From positions 240,560,001 through 240,624,000 of the forward strand of contig OZ024742.1 in NCBI GenBank assembly GCA_964016885.1: a DNA stretch of 64,000 nt. The letters run 5' to 3'. Below, piece by piece: positions 25,946-37,018 of the stretch. Made by a program: the position numbers and the translations under genes. Every line of letters begins with the position of its first letter. Positions within the stretch are counted from its first letter, which is position 1. This stretch comes from Eledone cirrhosa. Taxonomy: Eukaryota. The notes beneath the pieces are model-generated. The model did no database searches and was not told the origin of the DNA. It saw nothing but the letters and a program-made list of their open reading frames with translations.

Positions 25946-26393
25946 TTTTCACATTTGCCAGGACACAATATTCTATTTATCTATGATGGTAGTTAAGCAT
26001 TAATAATTGACCTTTGGAAGATAGTTTTGCTTTTATTTTAATCCAGTCCCTTAATTGGTGATGAAATACACTTAACCTTAGCTCTATCTTATGCTCTCTA
26101 CCACCCCAGTTGTTTATCCTGCTCCCACCTTAAGAAAGAGTCTTAATTTTGAAATATTTCTGCATTAGAATACTTATCAGATAGTTATTATGAAACCACC
26201 AAATTCCAAACTGATACAATATCCCAGAGTAAAAGGTTACTTATAGATAACTAAGCTTTATTCATACATAAACAACACTGTTATTGATATGTATATATAT
26301 AAATATATGTTATATATAAAATATATATAATGTAAACATACATATATATAAGAATAACATTAAGAAAAATGCTGATGTTACATAAATCGTTTA

Positions 26394-26482
26394 TTCATAA
26401 TAATTATTTCAACGGTTCCCTTATGCAATCCATGATGTAATTTATGCATTTGTTGTTATGAGAACGGTATCTTCAGATGAAA
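26394..26482 (-). ncRNA. Type-I hammerhead-like motif with long stem II
   Basis: Minus: ttcat CUGAAGA taccgttctc...gggaaccgtt GAAA UAAUUA UU/ atgaa; core intact, base of stem II imperfect. Confidence 0.55.
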
Positions 26483-26516
26483 ATCCAATTTTGTAATATA
26501 TATATATGTGTGTGTG

Positions 26517-27118
26517 TATCATCATTGTTTAATGTCCATTTTCCACGCTAGCATGGGTTAGATGGGTTGTCCCATTAGAGGCAATTTGGGTCAGGTAACT
26601 GTGTCTTGCTCATATAGGACTGTTTCAGGCTGGATGCCCTTCCTAACGCCAACCACATTTACAGTGTATGCTGGGTGCTTTTCAATGTGACTCCTACACG
26701 ACCACTTTAGAGTTGTGACGCATACATGACCACCTTACAGTATGGGTTGGGTGCTTTTTGTTGTGACTCCTTCACGACCACTTTACAGTGAAAGGGTGGT
26801 GTGGACAGAGTGGGAGGGTGGTGTATAGTGGTTAAGAGGTCACAACAAGATGAATATTTAAGTTCGTGCGGAAAGGAAGGTGGGTCTTCTGTATTACTAC
26901 TTAACGCCAAAGATCTCGATCCTGTGTCATTGTCTTTGAGAGGTGCAATTGCGTAAGGTCAGCTTTTATCACCTCGTCTCCTGAGTCTTCCTACTCCATA
27001 GATTCCATCAATTTTGATTGCCCTGTACCTTTTTATACAGCTGTCCTTCATATGTATTACATGACCATACCAACGCAATCTCCTCTCTAGTATACTGAAT
27101 CTGATCCTTCTTACGCAG
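26517..27118 (-). mobile_element. RTE LINE 3' end with long tail
   Basis: ERRLRWYGHVIHMKDSCIKRYRAIKIDG; homologous to 12115-12835. Confidence 0.8.
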
Positions 27119-27240
27119 TATATATATGTGTGTGTGTGTGTGTGTATGTATGTATATGTAGATTCCTGAGTTGTGTTGGGGGTAACCACAGTTAAAAATG
27201 AACTCAATACAATGGTGGAGTATATACATCTTTATAGAAA

Positions 27241-27822
27241 CTAGATGGGGGTACCCGGCTTCGCGCGGGAGAACAGTTAAAAGAAGACGGATAAAAGAGA
27301 AAACGACTGTATTGGATGTGTTGTCTGATATGGGGTGAGACCTTAATGTGTGTGTGAGAGAGAGAGAGAGACATAGAAACAATCATAAAACTTCCTTAGG
27401 CTGGAGGAGTAAACTGCAGATTAAATGGTAGCATTGGTCTTGGATTTTAAATGTGATCTTTTTCAACGCCAAAGGACGTCATCTGAAATACAGCAATATA
27501 CTGCATAACATTGCTTCTGAAGTGTTGCTTCGTTAGAACGGACTGTAAGTAGTATATGGATAACAGCTGAGGGTAGATTAATTTCAAATAGTATGAATTT
27601 TTCTTTGTTTTGTAAAATCAAAGACTGTAAAACGCCTTTATAAAAGCTAACGCAATATTGTTAAACCTTCCTCTAGATCAAAGGATCTATAGTTTAAGTC
27701 GATTCTCGACTTTGTGGGACGTCACTCTCTCTCTCTGAAATCTAACACTTTCATTGTATCTCTCTCTTTAGATGTGTGTGTGTAGTTTTCGTGTGATTCA
27801 ACCAATAAACAGCTTTCTTTTA
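27241..27822 (-). mobile_element. Helitron 3' end fragment
   Basis: Minus: hairpin cccgcgc-gaa-gccggg, spacer, CTAG|T terminus at 27241; 5' limit uncertain. Confidence 0.6.
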
Positions 27823-29516
27823 TCTGTACTATAAAGCTGACGGCCGTATGTAAGTAACAAACGGCACCAAATTTGCACCATAGATGTAACTTTTTCCAAG
27901 TAAGAAAGTGAGGGTATTTTTGTCTACTGAATTTTGTTAAAAGATTAAAGACATTATTTAAATATTTACTTCTTTAAAATTTTCAAATGTCAACACTTCC
28001 GGTTATACGACATTCCTAACGTTTTCACGAACCAAAGTATCATCTTCCTGTTTTCTTTCGGTTGCAACGTTTTTCGAAATATTTACTTCCGCGTTCACAG
28101 CTTGATTTTTTTTTAGTTTCAGAGATCCCGTTAAGAGTGAAAGCAGCGATTCTTTGCTTAAACTTTAATATGTTATTTTAATATATATATATATATATAT
28201 AATTATATATTCGTGTACAGATATTTTTGCATACACAAAAACAAAATATAAACAAACGTATTTATTTCACGAAAGCACAGACGGCTTATCGTCATTGCTA
28301 CTGCCGAGATGCCACCCAAAAAGTCCCAGCCTGGCCGCAAGATCAGATTTTCCAGAAGAAAAAATGTTATAACAAATGTATTTATTTCATGAAAGCACAG
28401 ACGGCTTATCGTCATTGTTACGGCCGATATGCCACCCAACAGTCCTAGCCTGGCCGCAAGATCAGATTTTACAGAAGAAAAAATATTACTAGAGCAACAG
28501 AGAGACTAAGCTTCACGATTAACATCAACAAAGCTCAGAATCAAACCCTAAATGTGGCTGGCCTTCATCTGCGAAAACCATGGTCAATTGTATGTAGGAT
28601 GCTCTAGGTTGAGCTCGCCAATCTCTTCATCTTTGCTCCCGAGGGCCGAACAAAAAATATTGTATACTCTGAGGCTCTAACAATGTAATTTATGTATTTT
28701 CTGTTACTTGGAATTTCCATTATGGTTGTACAAATTATTGTAAAGTTTGTTAAAAAATGTGTTTTCTGTTCAACCTTTATTGTTGTAACTATCAATTTTC
28801 TTTAACGTACTGGCTGAGAGAGGAAACCTACAATGAAAGAACATCTTAAAGTTTACCCAAGCCAAATGTATTTATTAACATTTCTCTCTGTAGGTTCTTA
28901 GCAAGCTTACTGGCGCTTTAGTATGGTATTCATATCGTTTTTGATTGATATGTTGCATATATCGCAGCTATTCATATGTTTTAAACATTAGATAACGATT
29001 ACTGATGTATATTGTACGTCAGAATTAGCTGGAAAATATTTTGAACGAACAAATAAAAGAGAGATGTTTGTTGGTTGGTTCCTTCGCGTATGACACGAAA
29101 AAAACGGAAAGTGACAATCGGAAAGTATGTACAGGATTGGGATAAGAGTATATCCATGACAGTTTATTGATACTAATTTTATAACACCAAAGAAAAAGAA
29201 AGACATACCACGTATGCTAACCAACCTGACTACTATTTCTAGCAGGTTGGGAATCAACCATAAGGGATTCTCTCTCGAGTTCGTTGTCAGTGATGATCGT
29301 GTTTCGCGGCCTATGTCTCCGATTCCAACGGTGGTTTACACACACACGCACACGTACACACACTCACACTCGCACACACACACATATATATACACAAACA
29401 CACACGCAATACACACACACTGTAAACAAGACAATGCATTCAATACAGACGTTTTCTCTTCTTCCGGTCTTCTTTTATCATTTGTTAACCTTGGCGAAGC
29501 TAGGCACCTCAGCTAG
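27823..29516 (+). mobile_element. Non-autonomous Helitron carrying a helicase C-terminal remnant
   Basis: A|TCTGTACTATAAAGCTGA candidate 5' end; 28502-28688 encodes RLSFTININKAQNQTLNVAGLHL..HGQLYVGCSR..TKNIVYSEAL; hairpin ccttggc-gaa-gctagg then CTAG|T at 29513-29516. Confidence 0.7.
28247..28488. repeat. Tandem duplication, ~120-bp unit x2
   Basis: ..gaaagcacagacggcttatcgtcattg..gcctggccgcaagatcagatttt.cagaagaaaaaat occurs twice. Confidence 0.9.
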
Positions 29517-29609
29517 TATTATATATAGATGACGTCCACAGGACTAGAATTGTTTCATTCGCATGAATGATGATTACATACGAATGAAACAGTTCTAGTC
29601 CTATATATG

Positions 29610-30115
29610 AAAACAACAGGCAAAGCAGCAGGTTCATCAGGGATAGTAGCTAAGATGCTGAAAGCATCTGGTTGGGTAGGGCATTCACTAACTATGTGTA
29701 TTGTAAATCAAGTAATAAAGGGTGGCATCATACCTAATGACTGGCTTAGCTTCGTCAGCGTCAACTGCTACAGGGGCAAATGAGATGCACTAGTCAGAGG
29801 AAACTACAGAGTTAAATTGATAGAGCTGGTTATGAAAGTTGCTGAAAGAGTTTTTGCACAGCTAATTCAGGCTAGAATTAACATAGACGAGATAAAGTTT
29901 GGCTTTATGCTCGGTAAAAGTACCACAGATGCTTTCTTCCTTGTGAGACAGCTGCAGAAGTACCGAGCTAAGAGTAAGCCCCTCTACCTAGTATTTGTTG
30001 ACCTGGAAAAAGCTTTAGTGGGTTTTTAGGAAACTAGATGTAGAGAAATGGCTTGTAAGAGTGGTACAATCCATGTACAGAGTTGGAGGCAGTAAGTCTA
30101 GAGTCAACAATGAAT
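29610..30115 (+). mobile_element. RTE reverse transcriptase fragment
   Basis: GKAAG.SGI.A.MLKA..IP.DW...NYR..KL...MKV.ERV...FGFM.GKSTTDA.F..RQLQ...L...FVDLEKA. Confidence 0.85.
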
Positions 30116-30565
30116 ATATATTATGCCTGTAACTGTCTTCTATATCATACATCACACTACCAATTGACTCGAACTATTTCATAACAAACCGGACACAAAT
30201 ATACACACTACATCACAATTTTCATTGAAACACGTGTCACCTCCCTTAGAAAATGGAACAACAGATTTTCTAAGTTGCGAGCCTTTTAAATTTAAGTGCA
30301 AGAAGGGGGGAGGGGGGCTATCAATTTATTATGAAATTTCGTTCAGATATTTTCTCTGTGCCTAAGTCTTGCATTGCTGTTTCATGCATCCTCACTGCCG
30401 TGCACAGTTGCTGCCGTACCTAGGCCTTGAAATCTAAGGCAATACAATACGTGTTACATGTATGAATCATAATAGTTCTTTCTTTTTTTTTTCCTTTTTT
30501 CCTTTTCACAGACATTGTTGCCAAACACACACACACACACGTACATACATATAGAGATAGAAAGA

Positions 30566-30640
30566 TGTTATACTCTGGGAGGGTTATGCTACAATAAAAA
30601 CATGCAACAGTCGCGTTTCACTTCGGTTTTTACTATTATA
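30566..30640 (+). repeat. Short TG-starting dispersed repeat, possibly a solo-LTR remnant (also 31487-31570 on -, 48850-48900, 49908-49930)
   Basis: tgttatact(t)gggagggtcatg...aataaaaacac shared among copies. Confidence 0.45.
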
Positions 30641-31156
30641 AAATACCAGTAATGCACTGGCGCCGATTTAATCGAATTCCCACCAACCCCTCCCGCAAAA
30701 TTGCTGGCCTTGTGCCTAAAATAGAAACCATTATTAGTCTGTAACTTATCAATTTGCACCTTAATGGCACATTAATTGTCAAAACTTTTTCGTCACAAAT
30801 TTTGTGATTGCCTCAATGACTTCTTGGCTCACCGTGTCACTTTCTAGTTTTGACTTTGCTTCAGTAACTGGAGAGTCTTGACAATTAAATAACAATTTTC
30901 TGCTTAAGTACCCGATGAATGGCTTAGTTATGTAGCGCTCTCTGGACAACGGAAGTAGCTGGAGTTACTTCCCGTTGAAATTCCAGAACCTTCTTTGTAA
31001 CTTCCGTCCAGGGAACTATAAAGGAGAGAGCTCAAAGCTATCTTTCTCTTCTTCACCTCTTGGCCGCCTGGCTTAAGGCCAGGCATGGTTACGCCAAAGG
31101 TATACTCTCTTTCTGGCGGTTTTCTTCTCAAGCTGACAACACCGAGCACAAGGATG

Positions 31157-31197
31157 TTAACTTTTCTCTAACCACCTATCATGGATCTGGACTATAC
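31157..31197 (-). CDS. Candidate terminal exon of the same unrecognised gene
   Basis: aattag| acceptor with a weak pyrimidine tract; G-IVQIHDRWLEKS*; phase-compatible. Confidence 0.2.
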
Positions 31198-31309
31198 CTA
31201 ATTATGTACGAGAATATTTGTGTACAACAATTATAACATGGAGCTACAATAAAAATGAAGACTTATATTTGATACTCGTTCCGAGAAACTGCTTACGTTT
31301 TATCATTAC

Positions 31310-31370
31310 CTTTGTAATGGGAATTAACTCTCACTCGACATGGTGTTATGTAAAAATCTCTTATCCTTTT
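31310..31370 (-). CDS. Candidate exon of the same unrecognised gene
   Basis: Minus strand ttttataaag| (weak) ... AAAG|gtaatg; 61 nt; the only open frame (KRIRDFYITPCRVRVNSHYK-G) is phase-compatible. Confidence 0.3.
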
Positions 31371-31920
31371 CTTTATAAAATTTAGTAGTCAGATTCCGGT
31401 GACATTTACTCGAGTAAATAACCCTGGGTCCAGCAACACTAAAATGGTGACCCTGACGGAGTGAAATACCAACTACTAAAGTTACTTGCCGAATAACAAC
31501 AAACCAAAGTGAAACTCAACTAGTGCGTGTGTTTTTATTGAGCGCATGACTTTCCCCAAGTATAACAATACATATATAGTTTTAATTACATACATTTTCG
31601 AAAGACTAACCATTTGCAGTAAGAAGATGCAAGGCAAAAAAGGAAAAAAATTGTCACACGGAATTACTCGCCACAACAGGTAACACAGGAGTTTCGCTCT
31701 AACTATGTTTCAGGCAAGCTAATACATTTGCAGTGTTGCCGCAGATGATAGCGAGTCTAAGTCGTTGGAATAACCAAACACCCTTGTGATCATCACCCGT
31801 ATCGCCAGCAACAAGAACCTCGTTCTCAGCGGCCCAGCTCCTGCAAATATCTTGAACGTTATGTTAATGCTACTGGTAATTCATCCCAACCAAGTCAAGC
31901 ATGCATTATATGGCATATAC

Positions 31921-32335
31921 GGTGGATTGGCAGTATCGGTAGAGGGTGAGACACCATGCTTTGCAGCATCGAGTTACGGCCCTTTATGGTCTGAGTTCAA
32001 ATCCCGCCAAGGTTCACTTTGTCTTTTATCCTTACGGGGGTCGATAAAATAAAGTAACAGTAATGTACTGGGATATTTGCTGGCCTTGTGCCAAAAGTAG
32101 AAACAATTATATGGCATATACAATATGCTTATGTATTATAAAGGCGGTGGATTGGCAGTAACAGTAGAGCGTCAAACACCATACTTTGCAGCATAGAGTT
32201 ATGGCCCTTTGCGTTCTGAGTTTAAATCCCACCGCGGTTAGCTTTGCCTTTCATCCTTACGAGGTCGATAAAGTAAAGTACCAGTAATTCACTGGGGGTA
32301 ATTGCTGGCTTTGTGCCAAAAGTAGAAACAATTAT
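31921..32335 (+). mobile_element. Two tandem tRNA-derived SINEs (family 1); the first has a 16-bp TSD
   Basis: A box TGGCAGTATCGG, B box GAGTTCAAATCC, core gcctttcatccttacggggtcgataaaataaagtacc; TSD attatatggcatatac at 31905-31920 and 32106-32121. Confidence 0.9.
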
Positions 32336-33369
32336 ATGCAAATGAACCTCTCCAGCAAATGTTTTATATTTGAAAGTATATAAGTTAAAAGCATCGGAAT
32401 GAAAGAATGGAGGTGGCAAACCAGATTTTATAATATAGCTATTCGATTCTGTCATTCTACTCTAATGGCTGCCAGGTCACATCTACGTGGTCACACAACT
32501 TACTAGAAATAACAGCCAAATCTCTCTTAAATGAGACTCCCTCTTTAGGTATAGGCAAAGATACCCTTGGTGAGAAAATATGTACCTCAATATACACTCT
32601 TGACAGGTGCAATGTGCCCGAACACGGAAGAGCCAAACTCTCACCGTCATCGCCCCCATCTCTCTGTAAGGTGAGCAAATGGGGTCCCACGTGCTGGCCA
32701 CCCCACAGCCACAGCGGACAGAATGGAGAAGGCGTTTCCCCGGAGGATGGTAAGGGAGATGAGCTGGAGCTTATTCTTGTCTCAGTAAGTAAACGTCACC
32801 GATGGTGGATTAAACATCACGAAACACTAGTGTTTGGCGTTGCCACTCGGTTTCTGAGACAACTGTGACATGGTCACAGCTTCAAATATTCTTAGCGAAA
32901 CTCTTGTATGTTTATTATACATAAACATATCGTATATGACTTCATATACACCTCCAATATGAATCACGCCATGTTAGTGCTACTGATATTTAATCAGGGA
33001 ATAGTTTACGTGGAAAGTCGGTATCAAAATTGATGAAAGTAATATAAACTGCAATGATTATTTTAAGGAAATTTTATAACTACACAAAACTCTGTGTTTG
33101 GTATTCTTCGAGTCTGAGAAGCATTAGTATATAGATTTCGATTGACAATATCCCAGATTTTGTGGACCTCGTTAAATCGGACCAAGGAAACAATGTTTCC
33201 ATTGGTCCTTCCATTGCTAATACTGTTTAGCGGTCGCAATTCATGGAAGAGAAATATTGATAATGGATATTTTAAACATTTGAGTCTTTTTAGCCACTAT
33301 TTACCATGTAAGCATATGAAGTATTTGACTCTGTAACATAATATATTATACTTCATCTAATCTAATTAT

Positions 33370-33560
33370 ATAATTGTTTCTACCTTTGACACAAGGCCAG
33401 CAATTACCCAGTTCATTACTGGTACTTTATTTTATCGACCCCGTAAGGATGAAAGGCAAAGTTAACCTCGGCGGGATTTGAACTCAGACCGTAAAGGGAC
33501 GTAACTATGCTGGAAAGCATGGCGTCCGACTCTCTACCGTTACTGCCAACCCACCGCCCC
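33370..33560 (-). mobile_element. tRNA-derived SINE family 1 (further copies 15020-15210, 20283-20430, 37343-37446, 41141-41357, 42519-42620)
   Basis: Full reverse-complement match to the 31921 copy; the 37343 copy has TSD cttcagaaataat. Confidence 0.9.
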
Positions 33561-33773
33561 TAATTATATAATGTAAACAAACTCCCAGTCACGAAACCGA
33601 ATCATAATACATTATTCTTCAGTCACTGTAAACAGAGTCCTAGTAAATCTATGGCAAGAAACTGCACTACCATATAAATAGCCAATCTCTCGCTTTAATC
33701 GTTGAGAATAAAAAGCTAATATAAAGAATGGCGTGCTCATGCGCAGGGTTGCTATACAATAGGGTGAAAACTC

Positions 33774-33995
33774 TTAACTCTTTAGCATTTACATTACTCT
33801 ATATTTAATATTATATTTTCATGGTAAAGGCTTTACTTTACATAATTATCTCACATAATATCGAATCTGAGATTTTATATTATTTTGAGAAAAATACCTT
33901 ACCATCAGTATGAGCGGCCGGTTACAACTGGTTTGAATAGAAAGAGGCGAGAGAATTCTGGCCGGATATGGCCGGTTTAAATGCTAAAGGGTTAA
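33774..33995 (+). mobile_element. piggyBac-type MITE (CpG-intact copy) inside a ~55-bp-arm inverted repeat (33723-34140)
   Basis: TTAA ends; flanking aaagaatg..gctcatgcgcag..atagggtgaa / ttcaccctat..ctgcgcatgagtac..cattcttt. Confidence 0.8.
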
Positions 33996-34227
33996 AAGAT
34001 GTTAAAAAAAGTTGCCATCGGCCGCTATGAGGAATTGAACTTCATATCTTCCAGATAACGGCTTTCTCGTCTTTTAAGGGTCTTCACCCTATTTTATAAG
34101 CTATTTTATAACATCTCTGCGCATGAGTACTTCATTCTTTGTACTATAATATCATTTCCTCGTAATCTAATTATATCATGTTAACAGAATCCTGCAGCAA
34201 CACACACAACCATGTGTGACTACTCAC

Positions 34228-34276
34228 CAAAAGGGAAATCAAAGTATTGAAATATTTACAGGTGGTCCTTACAAAG
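34228..34276 (-). CDS. Candidate exon of the same unrecognised gene
   Basis: Minus strand ttttattgtgttgccttag| ... TTG|gtgagt; 49 nt; the only open frame (G-FVRTTCKYFNTLISLL) is the one dictated by the 40901-40965 exon. Confidence 0.4.
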
Positions 34277-34395
34277 CTAAGGCAACACAATAAAAATTAC
34301 ATAAAAATAATTGAGCAGTATATAACAATAAAACACTCTGTCTATGGCAGGAAAAAGAAAGAAGGAAATGAAAAAAGAAAAGAAAGAAAAAAAAT

Positions 34396-34830
34396 CTCCG
34401 TATGGTCTGGATTTGGCTAGAACTTTCCATTGAATGGAGAAATTCACGTCTGCATCCTTGAGTGACCATGCCTGGCTTGTCAGTTTTGTGGACGATCGGT
34501 TATCAGGTCGTTTGATGGTTAAGGAAGTGTTCTTTAAACCGGCCCGCCGTCATATCCACACTTGTTTTGACCTCCCGCTGTTGGTACCGTGCCGGTTCAA
34601 AGAACGCTTCCTTAAACATCAGACGACCGTTAGACATACTGATAAGCGATCGTCCACGAAGCTGATAAGCAACGTATGGTCACTCAAGGATGCAGATGTG
34701 AATTTCTCCATTCAATGAAAAGTTTTAGTCAAATCCAGGCCATACGGAAATGGAGCAGTGTCTTGTAAGGTGTGTATTGATGAAAGAGTGAATATCTTGC
34801 AGAGTTACGTAACATCACTTGCCTTTCCAA
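34396..34830. mobile_element. Penelope-like (Naiad-type) GIY-YIG 3' fragment, head-to-head diverged pair
   Basis: + arm: RFKERFLKHQTT..STKLISNVWSLKDADVNFSIQ*KVLVKSRPYGNGAVSCKVCIDER; - arm (34396-34560): MTAGRFKEHFLNHQ..WSLKDADVNFSIQWKVLAKSRPYG. Confidence 0.8.
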
Positions 34831-34954
34831 ACTGCAAAGTATCTGTTACACAACTGGAAAGACCCGGGATAACCATATATCTCACTCGGAATGAACTATA
34901 TATATATACCGTATTTCCCGGTCGATATAACTCATACGTACATATGTATGTATA

Positions 34955-35079
<125 letters not shown>

Positions 35080-35198
35080 ATACGTATGCATACATACATA
35101 CGTACGTACATATACATACATATATATATATATATAATATGGAAAACGAAGAATCAGTGAGGCATCAAACCCAAGCCACAGATTCAAATAAACATATA

Positions 35199-35340
35199 TA
35201 CAATTTATTACGTATTACAATTGTTTCTCCGGCGAACAGGTCGAGGTGCGATCTGTTTGTGGATCGAACCTGATTCTGGATTCGCAGATACGTCTCCGAG
35301 TTGTTCGCCGGAGAAACAATTGTAATACGTAATAAATTGT
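35199..35340. repeat. Short fold-back containing a hammerhead relic
   Basis: ~40-bp perfect inverted arms; minus strand cgtat CUG-CGA a tcc...gga GAAA CAAUUG UA/ atacg, one core base missing. Confidence 0.6.
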
Positions 35341-35668
35341 GTTCCGATGCATCACTGATTATTCGTTTTCCATATTATTATACCCTGCTCCGAAGCAGCA
35401 TAGAGTGCTCAACCGGCATACCGCCTATGGACGCATCCAAGCAACCTTACTACAAATATATATATATATAAATCTGGGACTTGACTCTTTCTTCCTCACT
35501 TTTCGTTGCTTTACCATCTTTGTTTGTTTACAGTGTCGCTCGTTCCCCTTATTTACGTGTCCCAACGACTTTCTTTAGCCGTTGCTCGCACCAACCAGAG
35601 GTATATGGTCTTTAAAGCGATGAAATACCAACGATGGTTGGAAGATCACTGATGAAGGACTAACTTTA

Positions 35669-35732
<64 letters not shown>

Positions 35733-36021
35733 TATGTACATCGTTCCTGTGTCAGTGTTGAACAAAAAGGTGACGTGGTTGCCTAAACACTGTACGGCGT
35801 AATTCGGGCTGTTTGTTTGTTTACAAACAAACAAACCGAGCATTATAATAAATGTTCGGTAAACCGATACGTGCATATATATATGTGTGCATGTATGTAT
35901 ATATATATATACATACTACTGTACGCCTGTATACATGTATGTATGTACGTATACATACATACTTACATTTAAGTAAGTGCCGTACTAAGAGTGAGAATGA
36001 AATTTCGTTTCATTCTATTCC

Positions 36022-36059
<38 letters not shown>

Positions 36060-36163
36060 TTCGTATTTCCAAAGAAATACGGTTTTAGGAAGCCGTAGCT
36101 ACGCAAAGACAGGGGGGGGGGGCTAACGCCCTCTGGTGATGTCCAGCAGAAGCAACGGGGTCA

Positions 36164-36207
36164 ACCGTCTATGCATTTCAGGCTTAACTGGCCTTCATCA
36201 GGACGGT
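36164..36207 (-). ncRNA. Minimal type-I hammerhead ribozyme
   Basis: Minus strand: accgtc CUGAUGA aggc-cagttaa-gcct GAAA UGCA UA/ gacggt; perfect 6-bp stem I, 4-bp stem II, palindromic stem III (AUGCAU). Confidence 0.88.
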
Positions 36208-36453
36208 CCCTCCCACCGCTTGCAACTGCTTAAATAGAAGACAGAATATATACTTTTCTCGTCTGTGTAAATCATGGTGATTAATCTCATTTGCATATGA
36301 AGCTGCATAAGTTGGCTCAACTTATAATAAAAAAGAAATAGGATTTCGCTTCAAGCATAGCTTTATACAATATGTATAAATATGTCGTATTTCCAAAGAA
36401 ATGCGGTTTTAGGAAGCCGTCTTCTAGTCCAGCAGTCGCAAGCGGTGGGAGGG

Positions 36454-36497
36454 ACCGTCCTGACGAAGGCCAGTTAAGCCTGAAATGCATAGACGGT
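36454..36497 (+). ncRNA. Minimal type-I hammerhead ribozyme (predicted cleavage after 36491)
   Basis: accgtc CUGACGA aggc-cagttaa-gcct GAAA UGCA UA/ gacggt; all core nucleotides intact. Confidence 0.9.
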
Positions 36498-36776
36498 TGT
36501 CCCCTTTGCTTCTGCTGGACATCACCAGAGGGCGTTAGCCCCCCGGTGTTTGCATAGCTACGGCTTCCTAAAACAGCATTTCTTTGGAAATACGACATAT
36601 TTATACATATTGTATAAAGCTATGCTTGAAGCGAAATCCTATTTCTTTTTTATTATAAGTTGAGCCAACTTATGCAGCTTCATATGCAAATGAGATTAAT
36701 TACCTCATTTACACAGACGAGAGAAGTATATATTCTCGCCTGTCTTCTAGTCCAGCAGTCGCAAGCGGTGGGAGGG

Positions 36777-36820
36777 ACCGTCCTGACGAAGGCCAGTTAA
36801 ACCTGAAATGCATAGACGGT
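36777..36820 (+). ncRNA. Minimal type-I hammerhead ribozyme (predicted cleavage after 36814)
   Basis: Same motif with one substitution at the top of stem II (acct); core intact. Confidence 0.85.
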
Positions 36821-36973
36821 TGTCCCCCTTGCTTCTGCTGGACATCACCAGAGGGCGTTAGCCCCCCCCCCCGGTGTTTGCATAGCTACGGCTTCCTAAA
36901 ACCGTATTTCTTTGGAAATACGAAATATTTATACATATTGTATAAAGCTATGCTAGAAGCGAAATCGTATTTC

Positions 36974-37018
<45 letters not shown>

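Larger units (their letters stand above)
36055..36978. mobile_element. Retrozyme-like non-autonomous element: ~323-bp unit, ~1.1 units inverted (36055-36420) plus ~1.7 tandem units (36419-36978), three hammerheads, embedded in (TA)n
   Basis: Direct repeat with 323-nt period, a reverse-complement arm joined at a 'gt' microhomology (36419-36420), (TA)n on both sides, no meaningful ORF. Confidence 0.8.

Noticed and set aside
29542-29602. 22-bp inverted repeat with GAAAcagTT
   Set aside because: Lacks an intact CUGANGA and stem I; treated as a small fold-back only.
31921-32110. tRNA genes suggested by A/B boxes
   Set aside because: Boxes are followed by a shared SINE core, tail and TSDs; no cloverleaf.
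34716-34718. In-frame TGA in a Naiad-type endonuclease as possible selenocysteine
   Set aside because: It sits at a Trp position (the inverted arm has TGG), and the Cys motifs in all fragments use TGT/TGC; an ordinary nonsense mutation.
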